64,000 bases of DNA from Ranitomeya imitator (Eukaryota). The position numbers were made by a program, and so were the translations under genes. The DNA lies in contig NC_091288.1 of the NCBI RefSeq assembly GCF_032444005.1, forward strand, positions 16,244,001 through 16,308,000. The letters run 5' to 3'. Of this stretch, positions 1 through 10,539 are shown in pieces. The notes under the pieces were generated by a model. The model did no database searches, was not told where the DNA came from, and saw nothing but the letters and a program-made list of their open reading frames with translations. How positions within the stretch are numbered: the stretch's first letter is position 1; every line of letters starts with the position of its first letter.

Positions 1-397
1 GATCTGATTCTCCAACATCACCGTGAGTCTGTTCCTGTTTGATGCACCTGTTAGGGCCTTGTGTAGGCTTCATTAGTCAGTACACGGGAGCCGTGTGGCC
101 TGCTTAGTAAAGGCCAGGGAGGTTATACGTAGAGTAGCATTATCACTCGTTTATTGTTTACATTTGCTTGTTAGACATATTTTGAGTCTGCAATAGTTGT
201 AGCAGCTTACTGTTTTACAGAAAAGTTAAAGTTCATAACTCTTGTAAATTGTCTATTGCCATTGCATAACCCTGTTTGCATCGTCCTCATTCCCTTCATT
301 CCTTGCCCTCCAATAAATCTACCCTTTGTTGTTTGCACCTCATCTTGTGTACAGTAGTCTTCCTGCACCGTGGTGGTTCCCCGGCAATCGCTTCACA
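1..397. repeat. Possible 3' end of an LTR-like repeat, cut by the window edge
   Basis: Ends ...GCTTCACA just where homology to the duplicated block at ~24620 begins. Left end and TSD are outside the window. Confidence 0.3.
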
Positions 398-728
398 ACA
401 AGCGTAACACTTTTGCTAGACGGATAAAAGAACTTGGTGACAAGAAGTCTAGTTGCCCGATGAGATCAGATTTAGAGCCTTTAATAAGCAAAAAAACAAA
501 CAAAAAATGGCCAATTAATTTAAGTATTAAATCTAATTCTTAAAAGACAAAGGGGAAGTCTTTCTGTGAAAGTTCTCAAGAAGTTTGGAGACAAGAAAAA
601 TAGACAATATCCATCACTCACCACAGATCTTGTGATGAAGCCAATACAGGTGCCAGAAAAATGCCACTTGCAAAGAATCATAGAAATTATACTGCAACAC
701 TGATAACAGCAACAATTATCTGTCACAC

Positions 729-1026
729 TGTGATGGTATTCGGTAAGGAAGGGGGGCCTCAAACTGTCCCTGGGACTGAGACCCTAACTATCCCTGTCCT
801 AGGGGTATGCTTGAAGGTAGAGAGGCCCGAGTTGCCTATCTTACTATGCTCATGCTAAACCCTGATCTGTCCCCTCCCCCACTCCATGAGGCCTGGGACA
901 GAAAACAAAACACAAAGACAAAACAGAGATAGCAGAAAACCTCTATCATACAAACACACTAACCAACAATAGGAAGGAGGATAGGGACAGGGAGGAATAA
1001 ACTAAATGGGAAAGGGACCAGGAGAT

Positions 1027-1062
<36 letters not shown>

Positions 1063-1306
1063 ACTAAACCAAACCACAGAATACTTCTATAACAACTCTA
1101 CTCCAACCACTTAGCTTTAGCAAACAGCACAGGGAGATGAATCTTTCACCGGCAGGGACAAGAAGGTCTGACCAGTTTATATAGGAAGAGGAAATGACCA
1201 GATCAGAAGAAGCTGAAATGGAGCTGCATGTTTCTGACCAGCATGGAAAGGGTTGTTCACCTCTTCAGAGGAAACTAAATCCATTTATTATGGGATACAA
1301 ATCACA
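729..1306 (-). mobile_element. Solo LTR-like element (shared with copy B at 25241-25800)
   Basis: TGTGA...TCACA inverted termini and a minus-strand TATA-like CCTATATAAA. Contains a (CA)n tract at ~1028-1060. No clean TSD. Confidence 0.55.
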
Positions 1307-1745
1307 CCATCTCTAAAGAAGAACTGCGATTCATTACCCGAAGTGACCGTCTAACTCCAGGTCTTCCAGGGAGACGTGACACCCTTGTGACATTATCTAT
1401 TCGCATCTTGGTTTCAGAATCTGGGTCCCAAAAAAGAACAATAATCAAACAACATATACCATCAGGATGCCTGTCATATTTCATGTAAACAATGGCATAA
1501 TTGCTGCTTTTTTGTGTTAATTCTGACTTAAAAAGAAAATAAATTAATACAAAAAAAATAATAAAAAGCAAACAAGTAGTCACATGTACTCATAAGTGGT
1601 ACCAATGAACAAAACAATTAATCCTGCAAAAAAATAAATCTTACTGAAGAAAACAGAAGAATAATAAAGCTACAGACCTCCAAATAAGACAACCCAAAGG
1701 CAACTATTCTAAGACCTTATTGTGCGGAAGCAGTAAAACATATAG

Positions 1746-1748
<3 letters not shown>

Positions 1749-1795
<47 letters not shown>
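1749..1795. repeat. (TA)n microsatellite; empty site of the Tc1 insertion seen in copy B
   Basis: Direct reading. The flanks match both sides of the Tc1 at 26264-27916. Confidence 0.95.
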
Positions 1796-1797
<2 letters not shown>

Positions 1798-2531
1798 CTA
1801 TCACTGTAATTTTAGTGACCCACAGAAAACAAATATGTCGCTTATACCTCATGGTGATAGGGATAATATTTCAATAAAAAAAATTTTTTTGTAGAATTGC
1901 TGTTTTTCCATTCCTTTCTTTGCAAAATGTGAATTCAAGTTTTTCAATACTTTATATAAAACCAGAATATGGTAATTAAAAAACAACAAGCCGTAAAGAA
2001 AATTAAATTATGGCTCTTGGTGATGAAGCTCCGGATTTCAATACAATCATCTGATGGTGGATCTTATTTCATCTTGGAGAATTATTGCGCCGTCTTGAAT
2101 AATAATTAAGTTAATGATGCTAAATTGTAAACAAATCAAACAATATTAAAAGCTAAAAAAAAGTGTAAAAATAAACAATGGTCTTTGTTTTCACTGTTCT
2201 TGTGATGTTTTTCCTTTTGTGACTTGCTCATATTTTGTGGAAGTAATGGCAGTGGAGCCTTCTGTATGAAATAAAAACTACATTTCACCATTAAGCAACA
2301 GCATTGAAAAATTAAAATGTTTGCTCTGAAAACAAAGTGACAAAACGCCAATGACAATGGAAGGGATTTTCCGTGTGGCTATTCTGCTGTATGGGAAAAA
2401 TCTGTTTACTCTGCTTCTATATGACGTAATAAAAGTTGTCTGTAGTGAAAATGAAAGGAACTTTTTCTGCACAGAATATCAACAAGGCGTCAGAATAACT
2501 TGGACAGGTAACAACTCCTGTAGACTGGACG

Positions 2532-3193
2532 ATGATCTGGCTTCTGAAGCTCTTGTTGGTACTGGAAACAATTCAAGTGAGGCTAAAGAAGATAAAGAGA
2601 AGGACCAGGAACAATCCATGTTTTCTGAGTAAAGATGAGATAAAAGAAGCCGAAGAAGCTAAAGAACGAACCCAACGACTTTTAACTGATGCGCTGAAGA
2701 AAAAGGAAAGTCTCCTGGTGGAAGATCCCAAGGTGTTTGGAGACCTAAATTTAGAGAAGCTTTATCCATTCCTCACCACAGATGTGGTGGAGGAGCTGAT
2801 CCGAGAACTAGAGAAGGTGACGTTTGCAAAAAATAAAGATCCTAAGCAAGATATTGGAACTGTTGCGTATGTATACCGCGGCTCTGAAGATAGAACTATC
2901 TACCTATGTGAACTATTTTGGATAATGGATCCAAAATTTAAATTCCAACAAGACACAATCATCCACGAGGTTTGCCACATTCTTGGTTATGGTCATACAG
3001 TCCAGGAGAACAGTGACCGAGTGCAGAAGTCTCCACAGTCTATGTTGTGCCCTCAGACCACTTACTCAGTGGCTTCAGCCCTGACATCATCCATGGATCA
3101 TCCTGGAACCTTCACAGACGGCTCCTACTCCTGCTGTGGTGAGACCTCCCGGGACACCGTGTGCGAGAAATCCTGGATCTGTAACCACATCAG
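2532..3193 (+). CDS. Zinc metalloprotease-like protein, copy 1, protease exon (M35-like N-terminal region, HEVCHILGYGH motif)
   Basis: 221-aa ORF with AYVY...IYLCELFW...QDTIIHEVCHILGYGH (motif at 2964-2996) and GSYSCCGETS...VCE. Upstream acceptor TTTTTCTGCACAG at 2474; donor ATCAG|GTAGGT at 3193/3194. Confidence 0.8.
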
Positions 3194-3858
3194 GTAGGTG
3201 TCACATATTTATGTATTTCTAGACAGTATAATGTCTAGTGATTTACTGATCTACTGCAAATTGCCATAAAGAGGAAAGAGCGGAGCAAGTTGGTTACATC
3301 TACAGGGTGATGAGTAGTTTTTCCCTCATATGGGGCAAAGTTTAATTTTACTACCCTCGATCTATATCTAAATACCCTGACCAGGATGCTGACACCCAGA
3401 ATCCGGAGTATATTGGGTATATAAACAATGGGAGGGAATGTATAGAATGTATAATACATGTGGCATAACTATTGGCTGTCTGTGCACCAGAAAATTAAGT
3501 CTAAAGCAGCTCTTGATTTTACATACTTTCTCATGTAAGTGATTCCTCTGTGCTTGGAGAGACCAAGCTCAATTTTGTTAAATCCTCAATTTTATTAATT
3601 TTTTTACAAAAGTAACACAAAGGGCAAAAAGTTGAAATTTTTGACCATACCTGTCTTGTGGCAAATTTTGGAACCGGTTTATGATAAATAATAAATATCC
3701 CTCTTTGTGTTTCTACAAGTGAATCTGAGACTAAATAGTAGCTCCGTAGCTTATAAACGCGGCTGCTGAAATTTACTCACTCCCTAGATTCAGATACAAA
3801 AGTAAAAGGTCAGGAGAACAACTAGGTCTCAAGTAAGGGCAAATTATCAGGAGAGTAA

Positions 3859-4214
3859 GGCTAGGTTCACATTGCGTTAGGGCAATCCGTTTAGCGCAGA
3901 GCGCTAGCGGATTGCGCTAATGCAATGTCTCTAGAGGGATCGTGTTTGCCGATCCCGCTAGCGCAGATACCCAATCTGCGCTAGCAAGGAACGAACCTCG
4001 GACGCTGCAAGCAGCGTCCAAGGTCCGTCCGAAAATAACGGCACATAGATAGCGTATGCCGAAAATGGCATGCGCTAGCGATGCGCTAGAGATTAAAACC
4101 ACATTGCCATCAATGGGTGCGCTAACGGACCCGTTGCATGGCATTAATTGCGACAATTTCGCCGTGTAACGGAGTCTGCTAGCGTTAACCCATAAACGCA
4201 ATGTGAATCTAGCC
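3859..4214. mobile_element. PIF/Harbinger (Tourist-like) MITE
   Basis: TIRs GGCTAGGTTCACATTGCGTT / AACGCAATGTGAATCTAGCC, flanked on both sides by TAA (3856-3858, 4215-4217). Confidence 0.85.
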
Positions 4215-4289
4215 TAAGATCTGATTTTTAACCTTGCATCTAACTAATTTGATAATTTTATTTTTTTTATTTTTATTATTATGTATCAG

Positions 4290-5199
4290 GTTGGTGAAGT
4301 TGATGCACAAAGTAGAACGTCTGTGGAAACAAATATTGCTGGTGCCGAGATGTCCTGCTGGTGACGAGACTGATACTACCAGTGATGATACAGATGCTCC
4401 GGTAGAAGAGATGGGGGCAGATACTTGTAGCGTAAAGACAGAATTTTCTTTTGAAGATCCGGATATATCTGATGATGAGATAGATGAGGAGCAGACAGAT
4501 ATTGTTATGCAGATGGTAAAGAGATGGACGACTCTGGTGAAAACTCAGTACAGTCTGTTGAAGACACAAACCAATTTGTTAGAGAAGCAGAAAGATCTGA
4601 TGAAACAAATCAATCTATTGAAGACGCAGAGAAATCTATTGAAGACGCAGAGAAATCTATTGAAGACGAAGAGAAATCTATTGAAGACGCAAAGAAATCT
4701 ATTGAAGACACAGAGAAATCTATTGACGCAGAGAAATCTATTGAAGACACAGAGAAATCTATTGAAGACACAGAGAAATCTATTGAAGACACAGAGAAAT
4801 CTATTGAAGACACAGAGAAATCTATTGAAGACACAGAGAAATCTATTGACGCAGAGAAATCTATTGAAGACACAGAGAAATCTATTGACGCAGAGAAATC
4901 TGTTGAAGACACAGAGAAATCTATTGAAGACGCAGAGAAATCTGTTAATGGCACAGGATAATGTTTTGAAGAAAAAGGACAATATGGAGAAGACACTGGT
5001 CGATATTTTTGAGACACAGTTCGATATGTTGGAGACACAGGTCAATGTGGCGAAAACAGAGGCGGATGTGGTGAACACCCTGAGCGATATACTGAAGACA
5101 CTGGCCGATGTGTTGGAGACACAGTGTGTGTGGAAACGTAGGCTGTTATGGTTTAGGTACAGGATGAGGTTTTGGACCAAGTATGGGGCAGAGAATTGA
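4290..5199 (+). CDS. Copy 1 second exon: acidic linker plus heptad-repeat coiled-coil tail
   Basis: T-rich acceptor ...ATGTATCAG|GTTGG at 4289/4290, phase 2 and in frame with the copy 1 donor. Open to TGA at 5199. Could alternatively be a separate ORF from ATG 4303. Confidence 0.65.
4611..4945 (+). repeat. Coding 21-bp tandem repeat (LLKTQRN x16)
   Basis: Unit AATCTATTGAAGACACAGAGA. Three units are 18 bp (LLTQRN), so the frame is preserved. Confidence 0.95.
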
Positions 5200-8100
5200 A
5201 ATAATGGCCCCACATTCAGAAAAAAATACACTAGAATCTCAGTGACTTAAAAAAATTTACTTTTAAAGGGTTAAGTGTCCTGTTGTGCCATAATAAAGAG
5301 GTTAAAACAATATCATGATTTTACTACTACATGTTCTGTACACGACTGATGTTATAATCAGATCAGGGATACGACAATCGATGACCTTTATGACTATTTA
5401 CATATAGTAATTATTAATACAATCCACTTATCATTTGCAGCCTGGAAGCCAACAAGAACTTGATTTTGGTTGACAAAAAAGGCTGACACTTGTAGTTATT
5501 ATTTTTAGTTTATAAACCAAATAAATTAAAATTGTTCTTCTCAGTTTCTGTATTTTTCCTAATAACAATAAAAAAAATTATTATCCAACAAGAGGATAAA
5601 CCGCACTCCTGACTTTGGAAGAAAATATAGAATAGACTTTATTTAATTAATCAGTATCTCACAAAGCATTGTAGCATTGCGGGAATGTTTTCAGACTGAT
5701 GAAGGTCCTTCTTCAGGCTCTATGAGGAGGAATAAGGACAGCCTTGCCTCCCATTTATTTCCACACTACTTCTGGGTAAGAAGGATAGAATTGGGCTTAA
5801 ATATTTATACAATCAGATACAATTTTGAAAACTCTGGTCCAGACTGATTTTCTATGTGATACGTGAAGGATGTGAGTGATCAGCGATGTATCGGCCATTA
5901 CGTAATAAAGGAGAAATGTCAAAGGTCTAAAATATGACTATACAAGATGCCACTAAGTAGTGAAAAAAAAATACTTTATAAAAGAGGATAAACGAATTTG
6001 CAAGGAAATGGACATCCCAGATTCTCTCCTGGCTGATGTTAAATTCCTATATGGTTTGGCAGACTCCACTCCTGAACAATTGGGTAGGGACCGTTCATTG
6101 AGTTAAAAGAAAAAAGTTAAAAAAATGCCCCCAGCACAAAGTGATCAATCCACCATTGACATCTTTGTGGAGTTGGTAACCAGAGATCTGGAGAGATTGG
6201 AGACCGAAACCAAAAGTGGAAAGTACAATTTATCCAGATCTGAAATAGAAGTCTTAAAGATGTTGGAAATACGGTCATCATGAACCAGGGAGATTATGTA
6301 GCTATGTGTCAAAAAATCCTGAATGAACGTAGAGATTATGAGAAATTATCCTCCAATCCCACTGCTAAGTATGTTAAACAACTCAAAGGGATCCTAGACA
6401 GGGGTTTGGAAGACTCCCTAATTGATAAAAATGAGTATGATTTTCTCTTTCCACAGTACCCAGTAATGGCAACCTTTTATTGTCTTCCAAAGGTGCATAA
6501 AGGTCTGACACCACTAAAGGGGAGACCTATAGTATCAGGGATTAACAGCCTGTGTCATCATGTAGGAATGTATCTAGATGTAATTTTGAAACCCCATGTT
6601 GTCTCGCTCAACTCCTATACAAGAGATTCCAATGACCTCTTGAGGAAATTGGACGATTTAGTTCTGGAACCAGAAGCCCTTTTTGTGTAGTATTGATGTG
6701 GAGGCTCTCTACTCATCCATCAATCATGGGGATGGTCTGAGGGCAGTGGAGTATTTCATTAGGAGTATAGGTCAACAATATACAAGACACAACAAATGGG
6801 TATTAGATCTATTGGAGTTTTGTTTGACAAAAACATCTTTTTGTTTGATGGCACAGTCCACCACCAGCTCAGGGGCACAGCGATGGGCAATTCTTGTGCG
6901 CCTATGTACGCTAATTTTCTCCTGGGCTGGTGGGAGAAGACTATCGTTTTTGGGGAATCATTTATCGAAGAACAGACCAAAATTTTCTTTTGGTCGAGAT
7001 ACATCGATGATGTGCTATTAGTGTGGAATGGGGATGTCACAAGCTTTACCACCTTTGTGTTAAAATTAAATGACAACCCTTTGGGATTACGCTTCACTTG
7101 TGAACATCATGAGAACCAATTACCCTTCCTATATCTGTGCATACAAAAGATGCCGGATGGTCATATCAATACCAAAACATACAGAAAACCAACTTCCACA
7201 AATGCCCTCCTCCGGTGGGACAGCCACCACCCCGTGCCCCTGAAAAAAGGTATCCCTAAGGGACAATATTTGAGGGCACAGCGGAATTGTTCATCCATGC
7301 AGGATTATCGTGACCAAGCAGATGATTTGTGACTACAATTCCTAGATAGGGGTTACCCTGATGGCATTTTGAGGAAAGCATTTAAGGAAGTTGAAAAGGT
7401 GAGCAGAAACAATCTCCTGGTACCAACTCCCAAAAAAGATGACATACCAAAATGTAGGTATATTACAACTTTTAATAATGGTGCACAGCAGATCTGGGCT
7501 ATTTTACAAAAACATTGGTCCATCCTTCATATGGATGAGGACATTGGAGAAATAGTTGGAAAATGCCCTAGCATCACTTTTCAGAAAGGAAAATCTATAG
7601 ATGACAGATTGGTACACAGCCACTACACCGCACCAAGAAAGGAAACCTGGCTTTCCAATCAATCCAAAGGATGCTATAAATGCAGTGGCTGTGTGGCATG
7701 TCCTGTTCTAGCAATAGGATCAAACTTCAGGAGTGAAAGAACTGGAAAAGAATATCTGTTTTATCACTTTATAAATTGTGGAACGAAGGGAGTGATATAT
7801 AGAGCTGTGTGCACCTGCGGTCTTGAATATATAGGCAAAACTATAAGGGAATTCAGAAGACGAGTAGGAGAGCATCTGAGAGATATCACCCTAAAAAGAG
7901 ACACTCCATTAGCTAAACATATGAATGCCAAACATTATGGTAAGAGCTGTGATTTGAGGTTTATGGGAATCGATAAGGTCATTCCACCAAGGAGGGGTGG
8001 AAATTGGGACCAGATATTGTTACAACGTGAGACAAAATGGATTCATCGTCTGAAAACACAAACACCTGGAGACTTTAATGAGATTTTCACCTACAGCTGT

Positions 8101-9112
8101 TTTCTTTGACATCTTAGGGTAAACCATTATTTCATAAACCCTGCGCACCATTCTGCCCTTCCTTCCCCCTCTTTGTTTCTATTAAGGGTTATGTAGGGCA
8201 TATACAGGGCTAGCAATCGTGGAATGGGGGCGCCATCTCTCGTGTATCTATCCGTAGGGTGCCAACCTCCATTGATAGGTAGGGTACAGCCGGTAGGAGT
8301 TTTGGAGGGAAATGCTGATATCCTACACACTTTTCTTCTTCTCGTTGTCTTCCTTCCATTCACTTATAACGTTTGGCATTCATACAACTTTATACCATTT
8401 CTCCAAAAGCATAAAATTTTGATCCCAATTACCCTCATCGGTGCCCTAATTGTGGAGCGGAGTCTGCTGTGATCATCATTTTCATTTTTTTTCGAGAGTA
8501 CAATGCATTTTTTCTGAGAGTACAACTATTGCTTTAAGAGTATAATGATTAAAATTTAGGAATGTGATCTTTAATTTTTCCCCTTTTATTTACTTTACCA
8601 GCAAATGCCTTGACATTCTGGCCCTCCTTCCTTTATGGAGGTTTAGATAGGATCTTTTCTTGGAGAATTGAAACTACTGTTTGTAATAGAAAACACCCGT
8701 TTTTCTGGCGACTGGACCTTGAGGGGTTATTTTTATTCAAGTATGTCCCTGGCCCGGCACAGAGTTCTAATTACGCTCTAGTATGTCCATGCGCTGCATA
8801 GTATGCCTATGGGAAGAGAGGCTTGCGGCTCACTTATGCGTTCCAGAAGAGAGGCGCATGAGCTGGACACTATAGTTACAGGAAGGGACGCAAGCATTCC
8901 ATGAGAGAGGCACATAGGATATGATGTTGGCACGTCCTAGGACAAGTGCGCATAGGAAATTACGTCAGAACACTTGAAACACGAGGATCTGGTGGTGGTC
9001 TATTTAACCGGCGGCACTACAGTAGGTATGAGATACCACATTATTCCCCCATTTGCATCATGGGTGTCCACTTGGTATGACGGATGGAGACCCGACTTTT
9101 CCTTCAACAATA

Positions 9113-9152
9113 CCTTCCCCTGATGAGTATTAGAAACGAAACGCGTGGGAAA
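9113..9152 (+). ncRNA. Minimal type I hammerhead ribozyme motif (G at the cleavage position)
   Basis: TTCCC-CTGATGA-GT(ATTAGAA)AC-GAAA-CGCGT-G-GGGAA. Stem I TTCCC/GGGAA is perfect; the motif lies in the Penelope 3' region. Confidence 0.65.
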
Positions 9153-9233
9153 CAGAATCCTTGGGGTGACGTTATGGGCTCAAACTGGCTTTTCATGTGA
9201 GGTAATGTACGGATGGAATAAGAGATGCCTCCC

Positions 9234-9268
<35 letters not shown>

Positions 9269-9564
9269 ACCAGGATTAAAGAGCCATTTTTTTTCTCTAT
9301 GAGATGAACGGAGGAACATGAGGTGAGATTGTTCCTTTTCTCCTATATATCGGTAACTGGATTTGTTATCGTTTGACCCTCACACTATTTGGGACACATT
9401 GCCAGTTATATTTTGCTGATCATTAAGGACTGTATATAAGTCTTGGTATAGTGGTTTTAGTACTTCTACTCCTGTGTTTATGTACATATATGCATCTTTT
9501 TTTGGTGGACTCATCAAACTTTCTTGGTTAGGTTCCTTTATATTTGGAATCATATTGTTGTCTG

Positions 9565-10539
9565 TGTAAGGGGGTGTGCAGGCAGCTGGTTTGAGCTCTG
9601 TATTCCTGTGCATGCCTACCTAATGAAACTGGGTATGTTTTGTGTTTGCTGTGTGCCCGGTGTAGTTTATGATAGCTGACACTGTTTACTATGATAATGA
9701 CTGACACTGTTCTGATATCTGTGTGATAGGGACAGGAATAGGGACAGTCAGTGGCAGTGGTGGGTCAGCATTAGTAAGGGTTATGGCAGTGTAGTTCTGG
9801 GTTAGTGTTAAGGGGGCGCTGTAGAGTAGGAGATTAGATTGTGTTGAGAATTGGTTTCTGTCAGAGTAGTGACAGTTGAGAAAGGGGGCGGGGCCAGCGT
9901 AGCGGCAGGGAGAGCGCCTTCCTGAGGTAATTTTCAGTGAGTGGGAGGAGCTAAAGCTGTGTGAGGAGAATTGTTCTAGAAGGAGTTGTGACAGAAAGCT
10001 GAACAGCGTAGAGTTGAGAGAGCGAGGCAGCCTGGAAGAATCAGAGGCTCGTCTGTGGGTTACCTCCTGTGGCGTCCGGGACTTATGGTCCGAACAGGAA
10101 TTGCGGAGGCAACCTGAATTTTCACCCAAGATGGGGAAAGTGGACGGGGAGCACTCAGTATCAGCCAGCTGGATGGTTCAGGAAGCTGCGGGCCTGGGAG
10201 CCATGGTGCAGGAAGAAAAGCTGAGGGAGCAGACCAGGGAAAACGCAGGAGATGGATTACTCATGTATTAGGAAAATGGATGGACTGTAACTGTTATTAA
10301 GATGCACGAGTTAAGTAAAGTTTTATTGAAAATGAATCGGGACTTTGATAACATTTGTGTGTGTCTGCGACAGATTGGAGCCCTGTATGCTGCGAAGGAT
10401 TCTGACTCACAGGTGGGTGAACTACTTGACACACAGCACACCACAAAATAGACATGATATTTCTGTAGCGGAGTGTTAGGGTGTGATGAGGAAGCAGCAG
10501 CAATCCCTCGGTACGGCTACCGCCTTGGCCCCCGTTACA
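9565..10539. mobile_element. Solo LTR nested in the Penelope 3' region
   Basis: TGTAA...TTACA termini with a 4-bp TSD TCTG (9561-9564, 10540-10543). Confidence 0.8.

Larger units (their letters stand above)
392..3300 (+). repeat. Segmental duplication unit, copy A (paralog at ~24620-29400)
   Basis: Colinear near-identity with 24620-29400, e.g. GACGGATAAAAGAACTTGGTGACAAGAAGTC at 420 and 24650. The 1794-2200 and 27920-28330 stretches are roughly 95% identical by eye. Confidence 0.95.

Noticed and set aside
661-858. Short ORF MPLAKNHRNY... repeated at 24895
   Set aside because: It spans an LTR boundary in copy A and is interrupted by a SINE in copy B; recurrence reflects the segmental duplication only.
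4524-5231. Alternative-frame and antisense ORFs over the 21-bp repeat (KSIEDTE, NRFLCVF, SIDFSVS)
   Set aside because: They are by-products of a stop-free repeat. Only the LLKTQRN frame extends into non-repetitive flanks, matches the splice phase and has a paralog at 32592.
5770-5782. CTGG|GTAAGA and GGG|GTGAGT donor-like sites conserved in block Y copies
   Set aside because: No matching acceptor or open frame could be defined, and the first lies beside a decayed repeat; cDNA is needed.
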